From an uncultured Erysipelotrichaceae bacterium (lineage in GTDB: Bacteria; Bacillota_I; Bacilli_A; RF39; UBA660): DNA of 64,000 bases. Shown here piece by piece: positions 20,914-30,167 of the stretch; position 1 is the stretch's first letter, and each line of letters starts with the position of its first letter. Below the pieces are notes generated by a model. It did no database searches and was not told the origin of the DNA. It worked only from the letters and a program-made list of their open reading frames with translations. Both the position numbers and the translations under genes were made by a program. Where the stretch lies: contig CADANX010000002.1 in the NCBI GenBank assembly GCA_902789425.1, forward strand, positions 31,066 to 95,065, in the 5' to 3' direction.

Positions 20914-22020
20914 ATGAGTTTTATAAATAAAATTAAAGATTACTTCTTTTATGATGAAGAATATGAAGAGGAAGAAGTAGTACCAAAAGAAAAAATTGAA
21001 AAAAAAGAAAAGATTATTAGTAAGCCTGAAAAAAAGGTTAATATATATGATATAGCAAAAGAAAAAGAAATTAGAAAAGAAAAGAAAGCGGAAAAAGAAA
21101 TGCCTGAAAGAGAATTATTTAGATCTGAAAGAACATTTAATTTTCCTGTAGATGACTTTGATGAAACTAGAACTGATATTACGCCTGTTAAAGAAGAAGT
21201 AAGACCAGTAAGATCAGAAATAAGAGAAGAAACTCAAAGAATAAGAACTATCCCTGAACCAAGAAGAGAAGAAGTTAAGCAAAGACCTTATTCTTATACT
21301 AACACTAATATATTTAGTGCAGCCCAAAGTCAAAGTAAACCTTATAGTAATAATGGATATACTAGCAGTAATATATATTCTCCTTATAAAAAGGAAACTA
21401 AAAAATTTAAACCAACTCCTATTATATCTCCGATATATGGTGTACTTAATGAAAACTATAGAAAAGAAGATATAGTTGATACTGGTAAAACAAGAAGTAG
21501 ACTTGAAGGCGATGTTAAAGAAACATCTTTTGATGAAGTAAGAAAAAAAGCTTATTCTAAATTGGATGAAGAACTTGAAAAAACAATGAATGAAACACCA
21601 AAAGAAATATTCTATAATATGGAAGATACAGTCGAAGAAGCTGAAAAGAAAGCAAAAAAAATAGAAAAAGAAATAAAAGAAGAATATGAAGAAGAACCAT
21701 ATAAAAAAGATGAAGTAATTATTACATATGGTGAAGTAGAAGAGGAAGAAGAAAAAGAATCAACTCCAATTGAAGTAAAAGAAAAACCAAAAAAAGTAAA
21801 AAAAGAAGAAATGCCTGCAGAAACTGAAGAAGAAACAAATGAAGAAGAATCTGAAGATATAGATGTAGAAGTACCTAAAATAACAAGAGGAAGAAAGAAA
21901 AAAATAATCCCTGAAGTAGAAGAAGATGATTTTGAAGAAGATACTGATAATGAATCTGATGGCGATTTATACAAAATAATAGATAATATGTATAATGAAG
22001 AAGAAGAGGAAGAGGAATAA
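20914..22020 (+). CDS. Glu/Lys-rich low-complexity protein with a SepF-like N-terminal amphipathic helix (368 aa)
   Basis: N-terminus MSFINKIKDYFFYDEEYEEEE (compare SepF MSMKNKLKNFFSMEDEEYEYE). The rest is E/K-rich and ends in poly-Glu. No SepF core domain is present. AGGAGG RBS. Confidence 0.5.
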   Translation: MSFINKIKDYFFYDEEYEEEEVVPKEKIEKKEKIISKPEKKVNIYDIAKEKEIRKEKKAEKEMPERELFRSERTFNFPVDDFDETRTDITPVKEEVRPVRSEIREETQRIRTIPEPRREEVKQRPYSYTNTNIFSAAQSQSKPYSNNGYTSSNIYSPYKKETKKFKPTPIISPIYGVLNENYRKEDIVDTGKTRSRLEGDVKETSFDEVRKKAYSKLDEELEKTMNETPKEIFYNMEDTVEEAEKKAKKIEKEIKEEYEEEPYKKDEVIITYGEVEEEEEKESTPIEVKEKPKKVKKEEMPAETEEETNEEESEDIDVEVPKITRGRKKKIIPEVEEDDFEEDTDNESDGDLYKIIDNMYNEEEEEEE

Positions 22021-22334
22021 TGGAATATTTAAATAGTGTTTTACCTATAATAATATATATACTATTAATCATTTTATTAATCTTATTAATAATTGCAATA
22101 TATAGACTGTTAAAAACAATGGATAAAGTTGATAAAATAGTTGAAAATGTAGATGAAAAAGTTAATAGTTTAAATGGCTTATTTAGTATAATTGATTTAA
22201 CTACTGATAAAATATCTTTATTAAGTGATAAAATTATTGATAAATTAACATTATTAGTAGAAAAAATATTTAAAAAACCAAAAAAAACAAGAAAAAAGAA
22301 AACTGAAATTAAAGATGATGAAAGAGGAGATTAG
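22020..22334 (+). CDS. YtxG-like (DUF948) membrane-anchored coiled-coil protein
   Basis: N-terminal TM segment plus a coiled coil. It is followed by a YtxH-like gene, as in the ytxGHJ operon. Confidence 0.45.
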   Translation: MEYLNSVLPIIIYILLIILLILLIIAIYRLLKTMDKVDKIVENVDEKVNSLNGLFSIIDLTTDKISLLSDKIIDKLTLLVEKIFKKPKKTRKKKTEIKDDERGD

Positions 22335-22336
22335 AA

Positions 22337-22732
22337 ATGGGAAAAGGAACAGGTAAATTAATATTAGGTGCTGGAATTGGAGCAAGTCTTGCATTATTAT
22401 TTGCACCAAAAAAAGGCGAAGAACTTAGAAAAGATTTAAAAGAAAGATTGGATGATATAATTGATAAAGCATCTAAAACTTCACCAGCTGAAGTAAAAGA
22501 AGAAGTAGAAAAGAAAATTGATGAAATAAAAAAAGGTCTTGAAGACTTAGATAAAGAAAAAGTTAAAAAAACAGCTGAAAAGAAAGCGAAAGAATTAAAA
22601 AAGAAAGCTGATGAACTTGTTGAATATGCTAAAGAAAAAGGTACTCCAGTTGTAGAAAAAACAGCTAATGAAGCAAAAAAACAAGCTATTAAAGTTTGTA
22701 ATGAAGTAATTAAAAAAATAGAAGATAAATAG
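22337..22732 (+). CDS. YtxH-like general stress protein
   Basis: N-terminus GKGTGKLILGAGIGASLALLFAPKKGEELRKDLKER, then a K/E-rich coiled coil. Confidence 0.55.
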   Translation: MGKGTGKLILGAGIGASLALLFAPKKGEELRKDLKERLDDIIDKASKTSPAEVKEEVEKKIDEIKKGLEDLDKEKVKKTAEKKAKELKKKADELVEYAKEKGTPVVEKTANEAKKQAIKVCNEVIKKIEDK

Positions 22733-22748
22733 TCTTCTATTTTTTTTA
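22718..22748 (+). terminator. terminator with the stop codon in the loop
   Basis: ATAGAAGA taaatag TCTTCTAT followed by a T8 run. Confidence 0.6.
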
Positions 22749-22783
22749 GTTGTGTTATAATTAATAATAGGGGAGTTATAATT

Positions 22784-23338
22784 ATGAAGAAAATAATGAC
22801 AGGTAATTATGATAATTGCAAAACAGGTAATTTAGTATCTATTTCAGGTGATAGAGGAAGACTTAAAGATTTTGTTGGTGAAAGTAAAATGTCTCTTGCA
22901 CCAAAAAAAGATTTTTGGAAAATATGGCATGATAATATTGGTAATATAGATGAAGAAGATAATACTAGATTTTATGTTAGAGAATATTATAAAAATGTAC
23001 TAAGTAAAATAGATCCAAAAGAATTATATGATTCTCTTAAAGATGAAACTATACTATTATGTTATGAAAATAATACTGATTTTTGCCATAGACATTTAGT
23101 AGCATTTTATTTAGAATTATTCTTAGGCATAAAAACTAGTGAAGTAAGAGTAAACTCTAAACGCCAAACTTATCATTGTTTGGAAAGACCTGATTATTTA
23201 AAAAAAATATTAGAAGATGAAATTAAAAGAGAATATGATATGCATGGTTTTGATGATTTAATTGATGCATATAATTTAGAAACCTGTAAAATAACACCAT
23301 TAAAATATAAATTAGATTTAAAATCATTGACTAAATAA
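22784..23338 (+). CDS. DUF488-family protein (YeaO-like)
   Basis: LLCYENNTDFCHRHLVA motif characteristic of DUF488. Confidence 0.55.
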   Translation: MKKIMTGNYDNCKTGNLVSISGDRGRLKDFVGESKMSLAPKKDFWKIWHDNIGNIDEEDNTRFYVREYYKNVLSKIDPKELYDSLKDETILLCYENNTDFCHRHLVAFYLELFLGIKTSEVRVNSKRQTYHCLERPDYLKKILEDEIKREYDMHGFDDLIDAYNLETCKITPLKYKLDLKSLTK

Positions 23339-23401
23339 TCTATTTAAAATATAATATAAATAGTTAGTGATGAAGAATATATAAGTAGTTTATATTGATA
23401 T

Positions 23402-23565
23402 TTTTAGAGACTAAGTGGATGGTGAAAACTTAGATATTTATATAAATGAATTACAGTATTTTGAATTAACACGTGTTTCTAGCGTTAATAGATTAAAGAG
23501 CATAGAATTCTATGAAGTAAGGTGGTACCGCGAATTTTCGTCCTTATATCATAGGATTTTTTTAT
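23402..23565 (+). ncRNA. T-box riboswitch leader (tyrosine-specific) with an intrinsic terminator
   Basis: Stem I AGAGA, specifier-region UACA, T-box sequence AAGGTGGTACCGCG at 23518-23532, and a hairpin (TCCTTAT..ATAGGA) plus T8 run at about 23541-23565. Confidence 0.7.
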
Positions 23566-23579
23566 TTAAGGAGGTATAT

Positions 23580-23975
23580 ATGAAATTAATAGTTAATGGT
23601 AAAACTTATGATTATTATGATGATAGTTATTTGCTTGATGAACTAAAATCATATTTAAATGAAGAAAAAGAAGTTAATGTTAATGAACTACCTTATGATA
23701 AAGTATACAGAATATACGATTCATTATGTAGTTATAGTACAATGCTTATTTCAGAACCTTTTCCAACAAAAGAGTTAGAGGAAAAAAACACTATAATTAA
23801 TAGTAAAATTAATAAAACAAATCATTTAGTTGAATTTTTAAAGAATAAAGGAAAAGAAGATGAATCTAGAACTTTAATGACTAATTTTATAGAAACAGTT
23901 CTTAAATTTGATAGTGAATATAATAAATTTGGAGATACGTATGTAGAGGAGGATAATTATGGAATTTTACGATGA
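23580..23975 (+). CDS. hypothetical protein (131 aa) co-transcribed with tyrS downstream of the T-box
   Basis: AAGGAGG RBS. It overlaps the tyrS start by 17 nt. The track ORF at 23415 runs through the leader RNA and is rejected. Confidence 0.5.
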   Translation: MKLIVNGKTYDYYDDSYLLDELKSYLNEEKEVNVNELPYDKVYRIYDSLCSYSTMLISEPFPTKELEEKNTIINSKINKTNHLVEFLKNKGKEDESRTLMTNFIETVLKFDSEYNKFGDTYVEEDNYGILR

Positions 23976-25197
23976 ATTAAAATGGAGAGGTCTTATCAAA
24001 GATGAGGCTGGAGAAGATTTAGAAAAAAAATTAAATGAAGGAAATCTTACTTTTTATGTAGGAGCTGATCCATCAGCTGATTCACTTCATATAGGACAAC
24101 TTCCAACATTTTTGATGGTTGAAAGACTAAGAAGAAAGGGTCATAAACCTATAGTATTAGTTGGTGGTGCAACAGGACGTGTTGGTGATCCTAGAGGAAC
24201 TAAAGAAAGAGAAAAATCAGATGAAAAAGTAGTTGATTCAAATTTTGAAAAAATTTCAAAACAAATGAAAAAACTATTTGGTGAAGAAACAAAAGTAGTT
24301 AATAACTATGATTGGTTTAAAAATTATAACTATATTGATTTTTTAAGAGATATAGGTAAATATATTAATGTTACATATATGGTTAATAAAGATTTAGTTA
24401 AAAGACAAATGGAATCAGGTATTTCATATGCAGAGTTTTCATATATGTTAATTCAAGGATATGATTTTAAATATATTCATGATAATTTTGGAGCTAATCT
24501 TCAATTTGGTGGATCAGATCAATGGGGTAATTTAACAACAGGTATTGAACTTATTAGAAAACTTAATGAAGAAGAAGTATATGCATTTTCTATGCCATTA
24601 ACACTTGATTCTGCAGGTAATAAAATAGGTAAAAGTGAAGGAAATGCTTTATGGCTTGATAAAAATAAAACATCTTCTTATGAATTATATCAATATATTA
24701 TTAACTGGGAAGATACTATGATGGAAGATTATTTAAAAAGATATACTTTCTTACCAAAAGAAGAAATAGAAGATATACTTGATAAACATAATAAAGAACC
24801 ACATTTAAGACTTGCTCAAAAGACTTTAGCAAAAGAGATTATTACATTTGTACATGATGAAGAAAGTTATAATTCAGCTGTTAAAATTAGTGAAGCACTA
24901 TTTAGTGGTGATATTAAATCTTTAACAGAAGAAGAATTAAAAGAAGCACTTAAAGGTGTACCAACTATTGATTACTCAAATGAAGAAAATATCGTTGATT
25001 TTCTTGTTAATACAGGTATATTGTCGTCTAAAAGAGAAGCAAGAGAATTTGTATCTAATTCATCAATATCTATAAATGGTGAAAAGATTACAGATCTTGA
25101 TGCTATTGTAAATAAAGAAAAAGCATTATATAATAAATATATAGTAGTAAGAAGAGGTAAGAAAAAATACTACTTAGTTATGTTTAAGGAGGTATAA
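23959..25197 (+). CDS. tyrS: tyrosyl-tRNA synthetase
   Basis: HIGH-type motif (SLHIGQL), KMSKS-type (KIGKS) and a C-terminal S4 domain. Confidence 0.95.
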   Translation: MEFYDELKWRGLIKDEAGEDLEKKLNEGNLTFYVGADPSADSLHIGQLPTFLMVERLRRKGHKPIVLVGGATGRVGDPRGTKEREKSDEKVVDSNFEKISKQMKKLFGEETKVVNNYDWFKNYNYIDFLRDIGKYINVTYMVNKDLVKRQMESGISYAEFSYMLIQGYDFKYIHDNFGANLQFGGSDQWGNLTTGIELIRKLNEEEVYAFSMPLTLDSAGNKIGKSEGNALWLDKNKTSSYELYQYIINWEDTMMEDYLKRYTFLPKEEIEDILDKHNKEPHLRLAQKTLAKEIITFVHDEESYNSAVKISEALFSGDIKSLTEEELKEALKGVPTIDYSNEENIVDFLVNTGILSSKREAREFVSNSSISINGEKITDLDAIVNKEKALYNKYIVVRRGKKKYYLVMFKEV

Positions 25198-25199
25198 TC

Positions 25200-25574
25200 A
25201 TGGCATTATTTGCAAAAGAAAAGGATATATTTTTAAAAATAGTTAATTCAATTTTAGTAATAGGTGTAATAGTTGCTGTAACTATATTCATAGGTACTGG
25301 TATTAAACTTATTAATAAAGAAACAGTAGGTGATTATAAAACATATAAAACACAAATTTGTGCTTTAGATCAACTTGAATATGAATCTACTGATGAAGTT
25401 TATCAAAAAGAACTTAAAAAAGAATGGGAAAAGGCATGTAAAAATAATTATATTGAAGAAAAGAAAGAAGCAGAAAACTTTAATAAAGATAATGTAAATA
25501 ATTTTCTAGTTTCTGCAAGTACTATAGTTATTTTATCTTTATTCTTATACTTATTAAATAGAAAGACTAAATAA
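25200..25574 (+). CDS. hypothetical membrane protein (2 TM, 124 aa)
   Basis: ORF contiguous with tyrS. It has hydrophobic N- and C-terminal segments. Confidence 0.45.
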   Translation: MALFAKEKDIFLKIVNSILVIGVIVAVTIFIGTGIKLINKETVGDYKTYKTQICALDQLEYESTDEVYQKELKKEWEKACKNNYIEEKKEAENFNKDNVNNFLVSASTIVILSLFLYLLNRKTK

Positions 25575-26548
25575 TGACTTTAGATGAAAGTTATAAAAAA
25601 ATTGGCTCTGGTTCATTATCTACAGTTTATATAAAAGATGATAAAGTAATTAAGTTATTTAATAAGTCTGATATTATTTGGAATAATTATAAAGAAAAAC
25701 TTAGTGAACTTACTAATGTAGATAGTGATATCTTTGTATTTCCAAAGAAATTATTAATAGAAAATGATAATTTAATTGGTTATGAAATGGAGTATATAAG
25801 TGGTTGTCCATTATATAATATAATAAAAACACTTTCTTTTGATGATATTAAGTTATTAGAAAAAAATGCAGAAATAGATATAAAAACTGATTTTAATAAA
25901 AGAATAAAGAGTTCTGATATGCATGAATATAATTTAATGTATGATGAACAAAATAAAAAAATAAGAGTATTAGATACAGATTTTTTTGAAATTGATAAAA
26001 GAATTGAACCAGATGTTTTATACCAAATGAATTTACTTGGTATAAGAAGAAATCTTAAGAGCATGATAGGGAGTATATTTCTCAAATCAATTGGAACTTA
26101 TTCTTTTAATCAATATGATGATAGAATATCTGCTAGTGAGTATCTTGATTTAATAAATAGTGAACTTAGTAAGAAGTTTAATAAAGAATTTAATGATTTG
26201 TATGAAATAGAATCTTGTTTAAAAGAAGAAAAAATATCGTTTGAATATTTTATGTATAAACAAGATTTAAAAGAAGATTTTAGTCTAAATAAAAAAATAA
26301 TATTTAATATAGTAAATAGTAAAAAATTAATGAATAGAAAATTTGTTAATAAATTTGTTTCATCTAAAATAAATAAACTTAATCCTGAAGAAAAAGAAAT
26401 AATGCTTGATAATATTTATAAAGATTTGCAGTTTATTTCAAATTCATCTTTATCTAATGAAGAGAAGAGTGAGAAGTTAAAAGAATATCAAGGTTATTTG
26501 AATCTTATTTCACTTGTATATAATGACACAAAAAAAATAACTCGTTAA
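25574..26548 (+). CDS. protein-kinase-fold protein (APH/CotS-like)
   Basis: Gly-rich loop GSGSLSTVY, VIKLF Lys, a catalytic-loop-like DMHEYN (D..H..N as in APH/CotS DLHPGN) and VLDTDF (DFG-like). Confidence 0.45.
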   Translation: MTLDESYKKIGSGSLSTVYIKDDKVIKLFNKSDIIWNNYKEKLSELTNVDSDIFVFPKKLLIENDNLIGYEMEYISGCPLYNIIKTLSFDDIKLLEKNAEIDIKTDFNKRIKSSDMHEYNLMYDEQNKKIRVLDTDFFEIDKRIEPDVLYQMNLLGIRRNLKSMIGSIFLKSIGTYSFNQYDDRISASEYLDLINSELSKKFNKEFNDLYEIESCLKEEKISFEYFMYKQDLKEDFSLNKKIIFNIVNSKKLMNRKFVNKFVSSKINKLNPEEKEIMLDNIYKDLQFISNSSLSNEEKSEKLKEYQGYLNLISLVYNDTKKITR

Positions 26549-26561
26549 TGAGTTATTTTTT
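26537..26561. terminator. terminator between convergent genes
   Basis: TAACTC gttaat GAGTTA followed by a T run. Confidence 0.45.
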
Positions 26562-26562
26562 A

Positions 26563-27165
26563 TTATCTACTATAGAATTCAACAATTAAGGCTTCATTGA
26601 TATCAGCATTAAGTTCGCTTCTTTCAGGATATCTTACATAAGTTCCTTCAAGTTTCTTTTTATCAAAGTTAACAAAATCAAGTGTTCTATTAACTTCTTC
26701 TAATGAAGCAAGTATTGCTTTATGATCTTTAGATGCTTCTTTAACAGCTATAGTATCACCAGGTTTAACATTGTATGATGGAATATCAACTTTTTTACCA
26801 TTAACAAGTATATGACCATGATTAACTATTTGTCTAGCACCTCTTCTTGTTTGACTCATACCCATACGGTAAACAATATTATCAAGTCTACTTTCAAGTA
26901 ATTTTAAGAAGTTTTCACCATGAATACCTTGCATTTTAGATGCTCTATTAAATAAAGTCTTGAATTGTTTTTCACTCATACCATACATGAATTTAACTTT
27001 TTGTTTTTCGTTTAATTGTTCAGCATAGTTAGATGGTTTACCTTTTCTATCTTGACCATGAACACCAGGTTTATAAGGTCTTTTAGCGATATCTTTACCA
27101 TTTTCTAATGTAGAAAAACCAACTCTACGACTTTTCTTATAAGCAGGTCCTGTATATCTTGACAT
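26563..27165 (-). CDS. rpsD: 30S ribosomal protein S4
   Basis: N-terminus [14 protein letters not shown] and a length of 200 aa. AGGAGG RBS. The longer track ORF start is rejected. Confidence 0.95.
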   Translation of the reverse strand: MSRYTGPAYKKSRRVGFSTLENGKDIAKRPYKPGVHGQDRKGKPSNYAEQLNEKQKVKFMYGMSEKQFKTLFNRASKMQGIHGENFLKLLESRLDNIVYRMGMSQTRRGARQIVNHGHILVNGKKVDIPSYNVKPGDTIAVKEASKDHKAILASLEEVNRTLDFVNFDKKKLEGTYVRYPERSELNADINEALIVEFYSR

Positions 27166-27330
27166 TTTCTTTCCTCCTTCTTTATATTTCAAACAAAGTA
27201 TTATTCTTATCTATACTAGGGTGTTAATTTTAATACTTTCTTATGTGTAGCTTTACAGAAAGACATAATACTAATAACACTAAACGTCATTAACACATTA
27301 ATACAAATAAAAACAGCTACAAAATGTTTG
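27166..27330 (-). promoter_or_regulatory. rpsD 5' leader, putative S4 autoregulatory site
   Basis: About 165 nt untranslated leader between the predicted promoter and the RBS. It contains inverted repeats (GTGTTAAT...ATTAACAC). Confidence 0.3.
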
Positions 27331-27337
27331 CCTTATA

Positions 27338-27367
27338 ATTATATTATAAAATAGGGCTAAAAGTCAA
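27338..27367 (-). promoter_or_regulatory. sigma-A promoter of rpsD
   Basis: On the minus strand, TTGACT, an 18 bp spacer, then TATAAT. Confidence 0.5.
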
Positions 27368-27458
27368 TATCTACAAAGAAAATTAAGATTTTTGTCGAAA
27401 AAAGTATAAATATTTTAAAAAATATGATAAAATATAAATATAATAAAGAGGTGTATCT

Positions 27459-29174
27459 ATGAATGCGAAGCTAATTATTATTACAATTTATTTAATAGTT
27501 ATATTTAGTTTTATTATTTTTATATTAGTTAAAGCTAGAAAACAAAGAAATAAAATTGCATTTGAATTAAAAGATTTAGAAAAACAAAAAAATCTTATTT
27601 TAAGCGCACCTATATTAAATGAACTTAATAAAGTAGAGGCTTTAGCCCAAGATGATAAATTAAAACATAAATATGAAAAATGGCAAAATAAATTTGATGA
27701 TATTAGAAATAAATCAATGCCTGAAATTACTGATATGCTTTTAGATGCAGATAATCAATTAGAAAAAAAGAATTATAAAGAATTAAAACCTTTAATAGCT
27801 GATATTGAACTTAAAATCTATAAATTAAAGCAAAGAACTAATACTATTTTATCTGAAATTAAAGAAATAACTTTAAGTGAAGAAAAAAATAGAAATCAAA
27901 TTGTTAGTCTAAAAACAAAATATAGAGCATTAAAACAAACATATGAAAGTACAAAAGAAGAATATGGTGAAGTAGCTCCTCAAATAGAAATACAATTTGA
28001 AAACATTGAAAAAAGATTCCAAGAATTTGAAGTTATAATGGAAAAGAAAGATTATGATGAAATTAACTATTTAGTAAAAGGTATTACAGAAATGATTGAT
28101 CATATTGAATATGTAATAAAAGAAGTACCTGCAATACTAATTATGTGTAATGAGCTTATTCCAAGTAAAATAAATGATGTTTCTAATATATATATTAAAA
28201 TGACTAGAGAAATGTATCAACTTAACTATTTAAATGTTGAATATAATATCGAAGAAACAAATAAAAAAGTTAAAAATATATTAGATAGAGTAAAAGTATT
28301 AAATTTAGAAGATGTTGTATTTGAACTTAAAACTATAATTAATTATTATGATGCATTATATAATGATTTTGAAACAGAAAAAATGGCTAAAAATGCATTT
28401 GATAGTAATTTAAAATCATTTAAAACAAAATTAGTTAGAACAAATAATATTATTTCAGGATTAATAAATGAACTAGGTGAACTTAAAAGTTCTTATAATC
28501 TATCAGAAGAAGATGTTAAAAGACTTCATATAATTAATACTGAAGTGGATAATATTAAAACAAGTTATAATGATTTGCTTGATTGTTCTCGTAATCATTC
28601 ATTCTCTTATTCTAAGATGAATAAAGAATTAGATATTTTAATTATAAAAATATCTAAACTTGATGAAACACTTAATTATGATCTTAGAAATATAGGTAAT
28701 ATGAAAGATGATGAAAAAAGAGCAAGAGAACAACTTGATAATATTAAAAGTCTTCTTAAAAAAGCTAGAAATAGAATTAGACTTTATCCAATACCAGTTA
28801 TTCCAGATAAATATTATATAGAACTTAATGATGCATCTGATGCAATAAAAGAAATACAAACAGAACTTAATAAAAAACCAATTGACATTGAAACTTTAAA
28901 TATTCGAGTAGATACTGCAAGAGATCTTGTATTTAAAGTATATAATACAACTAATGATTTAATTAAAACAGTTTCTATGCTTGAAGAAACTATTGTTTAT
29001 GGTAATAGATATAGATATTATAAAGAACAAGTAAATAATGGGTTAAAAGAAGCTGAAAAGTTATTTATGAATGGTTCTTATAAAAAAGGACTTGAAATTG
29101 CTATGAATGCAATTGATTATGTGGAACCTGGAATACATAATAAAATTTTAAAAGCCTATGCAGATGAAAAATAG
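27459..29174 (+). CDS. ezrA: septation ring formation regulator EzrA
   Basis: N-terminal TM segment, then about 540 aa of coiled coil. The rpsD/ezrA/tyrS neighbourhood is conserved in Firmicutes. Confidence 0.85.
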   Translation: MNAKLIIITIYLIVIFSFIIFILVKARKQRNKIAFELKDLEKQKNLILSAPILNELNKVEALAQDDKLKHKYEKWQNKFDDIRNKSMPEITDMLLDADNQLEKKNYKELKPLIADIELKIYKLKQRTNTILSEIKEITLSEEKNRNQIVSLKTKYRALKQTYESTKEEYGEVAPQIEIQFENIEKRFQEFEVIMEKKDYDEINYLVKGITEMIDHIEYVIKEVPAILIMCNELIPSKINDVSNIYIKMTREMYQLNYLNVEYNIEETNKKVKNILDRVKVLNLEDVVFELKTIINYYDALYNDFETEKMAKNAFDSNLKSFKTKLVRTNNIISGLINELGELKSSYNLSEEDVKRLHIINTEVDNIKTSYNDLLDCSRNHSFSYSKMNKELDILIIKISKLDETLNYDLRNIGNMKDDEKRAREQLDNIKSLLKKARNRIRLYPIPVIPDKYYIELNDASDAIKEIQTELNKKPIDIETLNIRVDTARDLVFKVYNTTNDLIKTVSMLEETIVYGNRYRYYKEQVNNGLKEAEKLFMNGSYKKGLEIAMNAIDYVEPGIHNKILKAYADEK

Positions 29175-29217
29175 AATTTATTTCTATTTTTTTTCATATA
29201 TTAAAATAGGTGATTTT

Positions 29218-30069
29218 ATGAAAAGAAAACTTATATCATTATTTATAATTCTTTTTATACTTGGTTTTAGCTTTTTTTCATGTAATAAAGCAGTTATACT
29301 AGCTAGAAATAGTGATCCCATAATGAAGGAAATAATTAAAAATAAGAGTAAATATAAAATAGATTCGGTTAGTCCAGTAATAAAGAATGATGAATATAAA
29401 TATGGCATTAATGGATGCAAAGTAGATGAAATAAAAAGTTATAATAATATGAAACAAATAGGTTATTATGATGATAATTTAATAGATTTAAAAGAAGATA
29501 AAATACAAATTGATTCTAATAATAAATATATTATTGGTTCTAATAATATTGATAAAAATGTATCGATTATATTTATTATTAATAAAAGAATTAATAATAA
29601 TATAATTAATATGGTAAAAGAAAAAAATCTTAAAATAAACTTATTTGTAGATAGTTATTTTTTAGAAAATAATCTTGAATATATCGAAAAAATAAGTAAA
29701 TATTTTACTATATATAATTATGGATTTGATAATTATTATGATGATAAATATATAACATATCATAATAATTTAATTGATTCTATTACTAATAATAAAAGTA
29801 TTTATTGTCTAACTAATAAGAATAATAGAAATACTTTAAATATATGCACTAAAAATAATATGAAAGTTATAAAAGAAGATTATTATAAGAATAATATATT
29901 AACTTCTACAAAAGATAATTTATCAAATGGAAATATACTTGTTTATAAGGATATAAATAATAAAATAGCACCTATAAATGTATCACTAAATTATATTATA
30001 AAAAAGGGTTATAATATTATATATTTAGATGATTTATTAACGTCAAAAAAAGATTGCAGTAAAAAGTAA
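29218..30069 (+). CDS. hypothetical secreted/membrane-anchored protein (Asn-rich)
   Basis: AGGTGA RBS and a signal or anchor sequence, MKRKLISLFIILFILGFSFFSC. Confidence 0.5.
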   Translation: MKRKLISLFIILFILGFSFFSCNKAVILARNSDPIMKEIIKNKSKYKIDSVSPVIKNDEYKYGINGCKVDEIKSYNNMKQIGYYDDNLIDLKEDKIQIDSNNKYIIGSNNIDKNVSIIFIINKRINNNIINMVKEKNLKINLFVDSYFLENNLEYIEKISKYFTIYNYGFDNYYDDKYITYHNNLIDSITNNKSIYCLTNKNNRNTLNICTKNNMKVIKEDYYKNNILTSTKDNLSNGNILVYKDINNKIAPINVSLNYIIKKGYNIIYLDDLLTSKKDCSKK

Positions 30070-30167
30070 ACTATAATGTAAAATAAAAGAATAACTTGTT
30101 GGTATTCTTTTTTTTTGGTATAATATTTATGCGTGTTTCTTATAGTTAAATTTAGAAAGGAGATAAA

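Noticed and set aside
20914-22020. Calling the E/K-rich protein SepF.
   Set aside because: Only the first 20 residues resemble SepF. The conserved C-terminal FtsZ-binding SepF domain is absent.
23415-23579. The 186-aa track ORF spanning the tyrS leader.
   Set aside because: This region carries the T-box conserved sequence and terminator. The coding start with an RBS is at 23580.
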